NCBI GenBank assembly: GCA_035403145.1
Contig: DAONEO010000004.1
Coordinates: 46,816-110,815, forward strand
DNA from: Candidatus Omnitrophota bacterium
GTDB taxonomy: Bacteria; Omnitrophota; Gorgyraeia; Gygaellales; Profunditerraquicolaceae
Direction of reading: 5' to 3'
Length of the DNA stretch: 64,000 bases
Positions 57,014-64,000 of this stretch are shown piece by piece. The translations under genes were made by a program, and so were the position numbers. Within the stretch, counting starts at the first letter, position 1. Every line of letters starts with the position of its first letter. The notes beneath the pieces were generated by a model. That model worked only from the letters and a program-made list of their open reading frames with translations. It ran no database searches and was not told the origin of the DNA.

Positions 57014-57391
57014 ATGGAAAAAAAGAAGGTTCTCATTGTTGATGATGAAAAAACTTTTTGCGAGCTCGCAAAAATCAATCTTGAAGCAACGGGCGAATTC
57101 ATTGTTCAGACGGTGAGCGATTCCCGCCAGACAATTGCTGCGGTGCGTTCCTTTGTGCCGCATATGATCCTTCTTGATCTGATTATGCCGCATATTGGAG
57201 GGATGGAAGTTTTAGAAATGCTTAATAGTGACGAAGTCAGCAGCAGAATCCCGGTTGTTATTTTATCGGCCCTGGAAAAAGATACGGATAAATTAAGGGC
57301 ATATAAACTTGGTGTTGTCGGATACCTGGTTAAACCGGCGCAGACTACGGATATTATTCAGGCTATCCATAAAGCGTTGGAGTTTAAGTGA
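57014..57391 (+). CDS. Stand-alone response-regulator receiver domain protein
   Basis: KKVLIVDDEKTF...MILLDLIMPHIGG...VVILSA is a REC fold. Confidence 0.75.
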   Translation: MEKKKVLIVDDEKTFCELAKINLEATGEFIVQTVSDSRQTIAAVRSFVPHMILLDLIMPHIGGMEVLEMLNSDEVSSRIPVVILSALEKDTDKLRAYKLGVVGYLVKPAQTTDIIQAIHKALEFK

Positions 57392-57525
57392 GGAGTCCCT
57401 GCCGCAGTAGGTCCGTCATAAAAACCCGCGAGTAAATGTATCCTTTGTATTGAGCGGTTCCTCTTTTGTTCTCAAAACACCTGCACACTGTTTTGCCTGT
57501 CTGCCGGCGCGCGCGGATATTTTGA

Positions 57526-57681
57526 TTATTGGCGCGTTGATTTTGAAAGGGTGTTCCTTTCTTTTAACAGCCTGGACAGCCAGTCGATTTTTTCCCGGAA
57601 TTCCTTTCTTTGAGGAGTATCACCTAATTCTTTGGAAATAACCGCCCACTCTGAATACGATACATAGTGTTGATCTCGCAT
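57526..57681 (-). CDS. Small 51-aa hypothetical protein, weakly supported
   Basis: A GGAGGG RBS lies 4 nt upstream of the minus-strand ATG at 57681. It encodes MRDQHYVSYSEWAVISKELGDTPQRKEFREKIDWLSRLLKERNTLSKSTRQ. The longer track ORF 57526..57765 begins without an RBS. Confidence 0.25.
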   Translation of the reverse strand: MRDQHYVSYSEWAVISKELGDTPQRKEFREKIDWLSRLLKERNTLSKSTRQ

Positions 57682-58061
57682 TTTCCCTCCGTTCTTTATC
57701 GTGGCAAATATCCCTGTTGTGGCGAAATGCCGCTTGAAAGAATAATAATACAGTAATGCCTGCACGTATGGCCGCGGTTTCTAAAAAAATGTCAGGGTGT
57801 CCCCTCCGACAGTTTTAACATATGGTTTGTTCCGGACACGGGTGTATTCTTAAGAAGAGATTTGCTAGTGAAGAAATAACAAGAGAAGCGGGAAAATTAT
57901 CCGGAACTTCCGGAGTAAATTCGCGCATATAACGTACGGTATCCCTTCGGGATTCCGTAAGCGCGGGATCGGTTTTCTGAAAATGAGCTGAGGGAAAATT
58001 CAGTGTCGAAGAAGGAAGTTGCCAACCATCAAAACATGGGCTGATCCGCGTGGAAATCTAG

Positions 58062-58144
58062 TGCTGGAGGAGGGAGTTGAACCCTCACGGGCGTGAACCC
58101 ATCGGTTTTTGAGACCGACATGTATGCCATTCCATCACTCCAGC
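58062..58144 (-). tRNA. tRNA-Leu(CAA), class II with a long variable arm, no encoded CCA
   Basis: Manual fold of the minus-strand sequence. The acceptor is GCTGGAG/CTCCAGC plus discriminator A. The D-arm contains GG. The anticodon stem TCGGT/ACCGA encloses the loop CTCAAAA, giving anticodon CAA. The variable arm reads TCAC-GCCC-GTGA. The T-arm is GAGGG-TTCAACT-CCCTC. Confidence 0.7.
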
Positions 58145-58204
58145 AAAAAAAGCTATTTGTATTGGCGTGGTCTGCCAATATGTGTGGCGGCAACCTTTAC
58201 GAGG

Positions 58205-58250
58205 TTGCCCGCATCGGTTTTTGAGACCGATCTGCATGCCATTGTATTAC
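58205..58250 (-). pseudogene. Partial duplicate of tRNA-Leu(CAA) covering the D-loop through the anticodon arm, with no matching acceptor or T-arm
   Basis: CATCGGTTTTTGAGACCGAtcTGcATGCCATT on the + strand matches 58100-58131 of the intact tRNA with 3 mismatches. The flanks do not form an acceptor stem. Confidence 0.5.
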
Positions 58251-58276
58251 TTCGGCGAAAATGTATTGTGGTTTCG

Positions 58277-58416
58277 CACTCGCTCGCCGAAAAACTGCAC
58301 ACTGGCCTATCCAATTAGGCCAGGTGATACGCTCGTTCCGTACGTTGTGACATTTTGGCACGCCGCTCGCTGCCTCGCTTGCCGCTCGGCTACGCTCGCT
58401 TTGTGCACTTTTCAAT
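58277..58416. repeat. 140-bp direct repeat, copy 1. The minus strand carries a hairpin plus a T5 terminator-like element and (GCGAGC)n-rich sequence
   Basis: It is about 98% identical to 58501-58640, with 3 mismatches. The minus strand carries CACCTGGCC-TAATTGGATA-GGCCAGTGTG followed by CAGTTTTTCGG. Confidence 0.7.
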
Positions 58417-58500
58417 ACTGACTCCGACACCTACGCATTCGCAAATTCCATAGGAATTTGCTCATAGGTGCGGAGTAAATTTGCGCATACAACTTACGTT

Positions 58501-58640
58501 CACTCGCTCGCCGAAAAACTGCACACTGGACTATCCAATTAGGCCAGGTGATACGCTCATTCCGTAAGTTGTGACATTTTGGCACGCCGCTCGCTGCCTC
58601 GCTTGCCGCTCGGCTACGCTCGCTTTGTGCACTTTTCAAT
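58501..58640. repeat. 140-bp direct repeat, copy 2
   Basis: As for copy 1. It ends 24 nt from the 3' end of tRNA-Ala. Confidence 0.7.
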
Positions 58641-58664
58641 TTTCTTTGTCAGAAAATTGAAAAG

Positions 58665-58737
58665 TGGAGCTGAGGAGGATCGAACTCCTGACCCCTTGCA
58701 TGCCATGCAAGTGCTCTCCCAGCTGAGCTACAGCCCC
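58665..58737 (-). tRNA. tRNA-Ala(GGC)
   Basis: The minus strand reads GGGGCTGTAGCTCAGCTGGGAGAGCACTTGCATGGCATGCAAGGGGTCAGGAGTTCGATCCTCCTCAGCTCCA, a canonical 73-nt cloverleaf. The G3-U70 Ala identity pair is present, the anticodon loop ATGGCAT gives GGC, and the T-loop is TTCGATC. Confidence 0.9.
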
Positions 58738-58936
58738 GATTATCTAAATTATGCAGACCTTCCCTGGGGAACGGCCGTATTATTTCACAATTAAGCTCAA
58801 TAAATATAACATTCAAGCCGTGGATTGTCAACGTTGTTTTTCAGCCTGTTATAGACTGCCGTTAATCGAATTTCTCCTTTGCATAGGGAACACCGGTCTT
58901 GACCCTGGATTGTAACTAGAGTATAATCAATAAACT

Positions 58937-59785
58937 ATGATTTTAGGGGTGCATACTTCTACGCAGGGCGGGATTCAGAATGCAATACTGCGGGCGCATG
59001 AACTTGGGTGCAATACGCTTCAAATCTTCTCCCGTAACCCGCAGCAATGGCGTAGCGTTGCCTTGGACGCCGGACGCGTTGCAGAATTTCGCTTTTTTCG
59101 CAAAGAGTATCATATCGATCCGGTTTTTATTCATATCCCCTATTTGATAAATCTTGCTTCTCCCAATCCGCGGCTTTATAAAGCTTCTGTACAGGCATAT
59201 ATCGAGGATATTCAGGAAGCGGCTTGTCTTGAAGCCGATTTTATTGTTACGCATATGGGAAGTCATAAAGATACGACAGAGATTGGCGGGATACGCCGTT
59301 TTGCGCGCGCATTAAACAAGATTATCGGAAAAACCGCTGATTCCAATGTCGGGATTTTACTGGAAAATACCGCGGGTTCCGGCTCATGGCTCGGGTATAA
59401 ATTCAGTCATCAGCGTAAAGTGCTTGAGCATGTAAAAGATCCAGCGCGTATCGGGCTTTGCCTGGATACAGCCCATGCGTATGCGGCAGGGTATGATTTA
59501 GCAACGCCTGAAGGTCTTGCAAAGCTTCTTGATGATGTTGACAAGAATGTCGGCGTTCAGCGCATAAAGCTTATTCACTTGAACGATACGCCGGAAAAAT
59601 TGAAGTCGCGGCGTGATCACCATACGCATATTGGCGAAGGCAATATCGGTCTTGCCGGGATGAAGCGGATTATCAACCATGAAACGCTGAGGGATTGTGC
59701 GTTTATTTTAGAGACTCCCAAGATGGTCCCGCAGGATGATGCGCGTAATCTAGCGGTGGTACGGACATTACGGAAAGAAGTATAA
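58937..59785 (+). CDS. nfo: Endonuclease IV (AP endonuclease, Nfo)
   Basis: [12 protein letters not shown]...[11 protein letters not shown]...[15 protein letters not shown]...THMGSH... are conserved Nfo TIM-barrel metal-site motifs. Confidence 0.85.
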   Translation: MILGVHTSTQGGIQNAILRAHELGCNTLQIFSRNPQQWRSVALDAGRVAEFRFFRKEYHIDPVFIHIPYLINLASPNPRLYKASVQAYIEDIQEAACLEADFIVTHMGSHKDTTEIGGIRRFARALNKIIGKTADSNVGILLENTAGSGSWLGYKFSHQRKVLEHVKDPARIGLCLDTAHAYAAGYDLATPEGLAKLLDDVDKNVGVQRIKLIHLNDTPEKLKSRRDHHTHIGEGNIGLAGMKRIINHETLRDCAFILETPKMVPQDDARNLAVVRTLRKEV

Positions 59786-59792
59786 CGGAAAG

Positions 59793-62186
59793 ATGAAAGA
59801 ATACGTATTTAAGACAATTGAGGCGGCATGGCAACAGAAGTGGCGTCAGGAGAAAACATTTAAAGCGACTATTTCCGGCAAAGCGAAATTTTACTGCCTG
59901 GAGATGTTTCCGTATCCGTCGGGACGTATCCATATGGGGCATGTGCGTAATTATACTATTGGTGATGTGTACAGCCGGTATAAATGGATGCGCGGGTTCG
60001 ATGTTCTACATCCCATGGGGTTTGATGCTTTTGGTCAGCCCGCGGAAAACGCGGCAATAAAGAATAAAAGTAAACCCGATGTCTGGACCCATAAATGTAT
60101 TGCCGACATGGAAGTTGAGTTGTCCAAAATGGGTTTTTCCTATGATTGGGACAGGGAAATTTCCACATGCGATGCAACCTATTATATGTGGAATCAATGG
60201 ATATTCCTGAAAATGATGGAGCGCGGCCTGGCGTATAAAAAGGCCTCGCGGGTGAATTGGTGCCCGTCATGTGCCACGACGCTTGCCAATGAGGAAGTTA
60301 TTGAAGGCGGCTGCTGGCGTTGTAAAACGCAGGTTGAACAAAAAGAGCTTGATCAGTGGTACCTGAAGATTACCGAATACAAAGAGCGGCTGTTGGATGA
60401 TTTAAAACATTTGAAAAATTGGCCTGAGCGCGTGGTTGCTATGCAGACGAACTGGATCGGTAAGAGCCAGGGTGTCGAGGTTTATTTTAAGCATGTCGAA
60501 TCCGATACTATTATTCCGGTTTTTACCACGCGCGTTGATACGATTTTCGGCGCAACCTACATTGTCCTTGCCCCCGAACATCCGCTTGTTGAAAAACTTA
60601 TTCAGGGTACTACGCAGGCGTCCAGCGTGAGATCGTTTGTTGAAAAAGTAAAACAGGAAAAAGCTTCCAGCCGTTCTCTTGGAGAGACTAAAAAAGAAGG
60701 GGTTTTTACCGGCTCGTTTGCCGTTAATCCCGCGAATAAAGAAACGATTCCGATTTGGGTTGCCGATTATGTTTTGATGGAATACGGGACTGGTGCGATT
60801 ATGGCGGTACCGACGCATGACCAGCGTGATTTTCTTTTTGCCAAAGAACACGCGCTTGCCATGCGCGTGGTGATCCAGCCGGAAGGGATGACATTGTCGC
60901 CGGAAACAATGAGTCAGGCGTATGAAGACGACGGCATGCAAATTAATTCCGGCGGATTTGACGGTATTCCAAATAAAGAAGGGAAATTACGTATTGCCTC
61001 ATGGATGGAAGAAAAAGGGATCGGAAAGATCCGGACTCATTGGCGTCTGCGCGATTGGCTTATCTCTCGCCAGAGATATTGGGGGACTCCGATACCTGTT
61101 ATCTATTGCGACCGATGCGGTATTGTCCCTGTTCCGTATGACCAGCTTCCGGTTAAACTTCCCGCTGATGCGCCGTTTACCGGCGAAGGAGGGAGCCCTC
61201 TGGGGAAAGTACAAGATTTTGTTGAGGTGCCATGCCCCCGTTGTAACCGTCCTGCCCGCAGGGAAACAGATACTATGGCGACATTTTTTGACTCATCGTG
61301 GTATTTTTTGCGTTATTGCAGCCCGAAGGAATTACAGCAGCCTTTTGATCCTGAAGAAGCAAAGTACTGGATGCCGGTTGATCAATATATCGGGGGTATT
61401 GAGCATGCGATTTTACATCTCTTATATTCCCGCTTCTTTACAAAATTTTTTCATGACCTGGGCTTGATTTCTTTTACCGAACCGTTCCGCAGCCTTTTAA
61501 CGCAAGGGATGGTTTTAAAAGAGGGCGAGGTCATGTCAAAGTCAAAAGGGAACATCGTTGACCCCGATTTGATCATTGATAAATATGGTGCCGATACGTT
61601 GCGTCTTTTTATCCTGTTTGCAGCTCCCCCTGAAACTGAACTTGAGTGGGATGACCGCGGGCTTGAGGGTGCATATAAGTTTTTGAACCGTATCTGGCGT
61701 ATTCAGGAGAATTTGAAGGACCAGGCGGATCCGGCCTTAGTGCGTAGTCTCCATAAAACCATTAAAAAAGTTACTGAAGACATAGAAGCATTTAAATTTA
61801 ATACGGCTATCGCCAGTCTTATGGAATTAGTGAATGAGATTTATAAACGCGGCGCGGATAAGGATGTTTTTGAAAAACTTCTTCTATTAATCGCGCCCAT
61901 TGTCCCGCATTTTTGCGAAGAACTGTGGAGAGAACGAGGGTATACGGAAAGTATTTGCCGAGCCAGTTGGCCGGCATGGGATCCTGCCATGCTGGTCGAG
62001 TCAGTGGTAACTATTGTCGTACAGGTTAATGGTAAGGTTCGTTCTAAGATTGATGTTCCCGCAGATATATCCGAGGCTGCTTTGAAAGAAATGGTATTGG
62101 CTGATGAGCGGATTAAGTTTTGGGTAACCGCTGTCCCCCGCACCGTGATTATTGTCCCCAAAAAACTCGTCAATATAGTCGTCTAG
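59793..62186 (+). CDS. leuS: Leucyl-tRNA synthetase
   Basis: [21 protein letters not shown] is the class I HIGH motif region. VMSKSKGN is the KMSKS motif. The CP1 editing domain is present, and the protein is about 797 aa. Confidence 0.92.
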   Translation: MKEYVFKTIEAAWQQKWRQEKTFKATISGKAKFYCLEMFPYPSGRIHMGHVRNYTIGDVYSRYKWMRGFDVLHPMGFDAFGQPAENAAIKNKSKPDVWTHKCIADMEVELSKMGFSYDWDREISTCDATYYMWNQWIFLKMMERGLAYKKASRVNWCPSCATTLANEEVIEGGCWRCKTQVEQKELDQWYLKITEYKERLLDDLKHLKNWPERVVAMQTNWIGKSQGVEVYFKHVESDTIIPVFTTRVDTIFGATYIVLAPEHPLVEKLIQGTTQASSVRSFVEKVKQEKASSRSLGETKKEGVFTGSFAVNPANKETIPIWVADYVLMEYGTGAIMAVPTHDQRDFLFAKEHALAMRVVIQPEGMTLSPETMSQAYEDDGMQINSGGFDGIPNKEGKLRIASWMEEKGIGKIRTHWRLRDWLISRQRYWGTPIPVIYCDRCGIVPVPYDQLPVKLPADAPFTGEGGSPLGKVQDFVEVPCPRCNRPARRETDTMATFFDSSWYFLRYCSPKELQQPFDPEEAKYWMPVDQYIGGIEHAILHLLYSRFFTKFFHDLGLISFTEPFRSLLTQGMVLKEGEVMSKSKGNIVDPDLIIDKYGADTLRLFILFAAPPETELEWDDRGLEGAYKFLNRIWRIQENLKDQADPALVRSLHKTIKKVTEDIEAFKFNTAIASLMELVNEIYKRGADKDVFEKLLLLIAPIVPHFCEELWRERGYTESICRASWPAWDPAMLVESVVTIVVQVNGKVRSKIDVPADISEAALKEMVLADERIKFWVTAVPRTVIIVPKKLVNIVV

Positions 62187-62197
62187 ACCCCTTTTTC

Positions 62198-62994
62198 CAC
62201 CCCGTAGGTGTTTAACACCCCGTAGGTGTAAAATATTTGTTAGATTTTTATCTTGCCTGCGTCAAATACATGTAGAGAAGATGTAATGTGCATAATGTAG
62301 AAAGGGGAGAAAATGCAAGCAAGACATCTTGTTACTGGGGAAGTATACCATATTTTCAGTAAAAGCATTGCAGGGTATCGGATTTTTAATGCTCAAGACG
62401 ATTATGTACGAATGAGACGTCTTATTGAGTATTATCGGTTCTGTGGAATAAAACAAAAATTTATACACTATAGCGGAATTAGGAAGGAAATATCTCCTGT
62501 TTTGACTGATGTGTATATTGAGATTATAGCGTATTGTTTTATGCCGACGCACTTTCATTTTGTGCTCAAACAGCAGGTTGATCAGGGAATTTCTTTGTTC
62601 TTGGGGAGGATACTTAATAGCTATACGCGATATTTTAATATTAAATATAGGAGGAAAGGTCCCCTATGGGAATCTCGTTTTAAAAGTGTGCATGTCGCAG
62701 GCGATGAGCAGCTTATTCATTTGACACGATACGTGCATCTTAATCCCGTATCAGCTTTTTTGGTCAAAACTCCCAGTCAATGGCAATATTCATCGTATAG
62801 CGAGTACGTTTTAAACAGAAATGAAAAGCAAGATATTTGCTGCCGTAGTATGATTGGTTTGGCGGGGAGTATGTATAAGAGGTTTGTTGAAAATCATGCG
62901 GACTACCAAAGAAAGCTAGGTTTGGTAAGAAAATTAATAGGTGACCATCTTGACACCCCGTAGGTGTTTTACACCCCTGGGGTGTAGGGGGGGG
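62198..62994. mobile_element. REP-RAYT unit: an IS200/Y1-type transposase gene flanked by REP-like palindromes
   Basis: Upstream is the tandem CACCCCGTAGGTGT x2 at 62198-62229. Downstream is ACACCCCGTAGGTGT, which overlaps the stop, plus TACACCCCTGGGGTGTA and a G8 run at 62954-62994. Confidence 0.6.
62313..62963 (+). CDS. REP-associated tyrosine transposase (IS200/IS605 TnpA-like, Y1 transposase)
   Basis: ...CFMPTHFHFVLKQ is the HuH motif and ...LTRYVHLNPV contains the catalytic Tyr. The length is 216 aa and an AAAGGGGAG RBS precedes it. Confidence 0.75.
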   Translation: MQARHLVTGEVYHIFSKSIAGYRIFNAQDDYVRMRRLIEYYRFCGIKQKFIHYSGIRKEISPVLTDVYIEIIAYCFMPTHFHFVLKQQVDQGISLFLGRILNSYTRYFNIKYRRKGPLWESRFKSVHVAGDEQLIHLTRYVHLNPVSAFLVKTPSQWQYSSYSEYVLNRNEKQDICCRSMIGLAGSMYKRFVENHADYQRKLGLVRKLIGDHLDTP

Positions 62995-62995
62995 C

Positions 62996-63364
62996 TTACT
63001 TGAGGATGTTTTTGATGCAGAAGAGGAGCTTGTGAAAGTCTACGGGCTTTTCGAGGTAATCCTCTATCCCGCTTATTGCGGCCGCGTGTTTATCGATATC
63101 TTCTTTCCGCAATGAAATTGCGATGATAGGTATTGCGGCATATTCCGGATTTTGTTTAATTTCCTGCGCCGTTTTAAAACCGCTTTGTCCGGGAAGGACC
63201 AGGTCGAGAAGAATAATACGGGGTTTTTCCTGGGGAATTTTTATAATCCCTTCTTCGCCGCTTTCGGCAAGAACAACATCAAATCCTTCTGAATCAAGAA
63301 ATTCTTTCAAGCTTGCTGCGGCATTGCGGTCATCGTCAATGACGAGAATACGCGATTTTTCCAT
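62996..63364 (-). CDS. Stand-alone response-regulator receiver domain protein
   Basis: RILVIDDDRNA...IILLDLVLPGQSGF...IIAIS...K is a REC fold. Confidence 0.7.
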   Translation of the reverse strand: MEKSRILVIDDDRNAAASLKEFLDSEGFDVVLAESGEEGIIKIPQEKPRIILLDLVLPGQSGFKTAQEIKQNPEYAAIPIIAISLRKEDIDKHAAAISGIEDYLEKPVDFHKLLFCIKNILK

Positions 63365-63619
63365 ATCTTAAGTATGCCTTAAAAATAAGTAGATTGCAAG
63401 TGAGTTCATAGCTCTTGGCTTGTAGATCATAGGGTGTATTTTGTTAGAAACGACTAAATTTTTCAAAAAACTCAATTTTTTAATACGTCCCCCCCCCGGC
63501 GTAACGCAGTCTATGAGCCATGAGCTATGGCCTATGAGCTCAGCGGTAGTACAGTTGCGAAGATATTTGTTAGAAAATTCAACTCTCCGCGTCTTATAGA
63601 TGAGAAAGGAGAGGGTTTT

Positions 63620-63949
63620 ATGTTTGCGTTGAATCGAGAAGAGAAAAAGGCGGCACTCGTCATTCTTGTATTTGCCTGTATCGGTCTGTGTGTTCGTTTC
63701 GCAGCAAAAACCAATTACAGCGTGTCCCGTCATATCGCCCTTGAAGAGAAAATTACTCAATTTGATGCCAATCAAATTACGTTGCATGAGCTTTTGAGAT
63801 TCCGGGTGTTTCCCCGTAAGGTTGCCGAATCCTATATTTCTTTTCGCAATGAACAAGGGCCTTTCCGTGATATTGAAGATATTAAACGTGTTCCCGGGAT
63901 AGGGCCGCAGCGCTTTGAAAAACTCAAGAACGTACTCTATGTGGATTGA
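63620..63949 (+). CDS. comEA: ComEA-like helix-hairpin-helix DNA-binding protein
   Basis: An N-terminal TM segment is followed by ...ITLHELLRFRV...IEDIKRVPGIGPQRFEKLKNVLYV, an HhH motif. An AAGGAG RBS lies 8 nt upstream of ATG 63620; the ORF-track frame opens at 63527. Confidence 0.6.
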   Translation: MFALNREEKKAALVILVFACIGLCVRFAAKTNYSVSRHIALEEKITQFDANQITLHELLRFRVFPRKVAESYISFRNEQGPFRDIEDIKRVPGIGPQRFEKLKNVLYVD

Positions 63950-64000
63950 TCGGATTCCCGCGGTCATGGTGGGTGCGTTTTGTATGGCCGCAGGGATTAT

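Noticed and set aside
58062-58144. tRNA-Sec (selC) suggested by the long variable arm
   Set aside because: The anticodon loop CTCAAAA gives anticodon CAA, not TCA. The acceptor stem is 7 bp, not 8. A class II tRNA-Leu fits better.
58167-58639. Track ORFs 58167..58421 (+), 58197..58430 (-) and 58412..58639 (-), which look like paralogous small proteins
   Set aside because: They lie entirely inside the two 140-bp direct repeats and tRNA-flanking sequence. Their similarity is a by-product of the DNA repeat. They have no RBS and low-complexity Arg/Ser/Ala composition, so they were treated as non-coding.
58277-58640. Possible CRISPR array
   Set aside because: There are only two copies and the unit is 140 bp, not 28-37 bp. 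No spacer-repeat periodicity is seen and no cas genes are present.
63368-63967. A 199-aa minus-strand ORF
   Set aside because: It is antisense to the ComEA-like gene, which has a clear RBS and HhH motif. It has no motifs or RBS of its own.

Overview
This 64 kb window looks like a bacterial chromosomal segment at roughly 48% GC, possibly from an uncultivated lineage. Almost every gene is on the + strand and the segment is densely coding. From left to right it contains six parts.

(1) 1-24 kb, housekeeping genes: the EF-G C-terminus, purH, folC, mnmE, folE, accA, comM, peptidyl-prolyl isomerase, yajQ, a UvrD-like helicase, two PilZ proteins, and a radical-SAM/SPASM gene paired with a methyltransferase.

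(2) About 24.4-45 kb, a biosynthetic gene cluster of roughly 20 kb and 24 genes. It begins at a consensus sigma70 promoter. Its core resembles a type II polyketide synthase: KS-alpha, a translationally coupled 70-aa ORF, a KS-beta/CLF that has lost the Cys-His-His triad, a B12-binding radical SAM enzyme, an ACP, a PF04199 cyclase, a TcmJ-like cupin and a TcmN-like SRPBCC aromatase/cyclase. It also carries MFS transporters, an SDR, an amidohydrolase-2, secreted proteins, and what looks like a 5'-deoxyadenosine/MTA DHAP-shunt salvage module (PNP-family phosphorylase, MtnA-like isomerase, class II aldolase fused to SCP2) followed by an ALDH and an acyl-CoA ligase. Several short sequence motifs recur in the intergenic regions of the cluster.

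(3) 45-46.7 kb: rlmN and an SGNH lipoprotein.

(4) 47-57.4 kb: a six-gene two-component block made only of kinases and stand-alone receiver domains, including a 1667-aa REC-PAS-GAF hybrid kinase. No DNA-binding output domain is encoded.

(5) 57.9-58.75 kb, a non-coding locus on the minus strand: tRNA-Leu(CAA), a partial duplicate of that tRNA, two 98%-identical 140-bp tandem repeats that each carry a terminator-like hairpin, and tRNA-Ala(GGC).

(6) The right end: nfo, leuS, an IS200/RAYT-type transposase flanked by REP-like palindromes (another copy lies at 24.3 kb), a receiver gene on the minus strand, and a ComEA-like gene.

Every functional call rests on protein motifs I recognised in the translations. 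No database search was run. Start codons were chosen from RBS spacing and are approximate.
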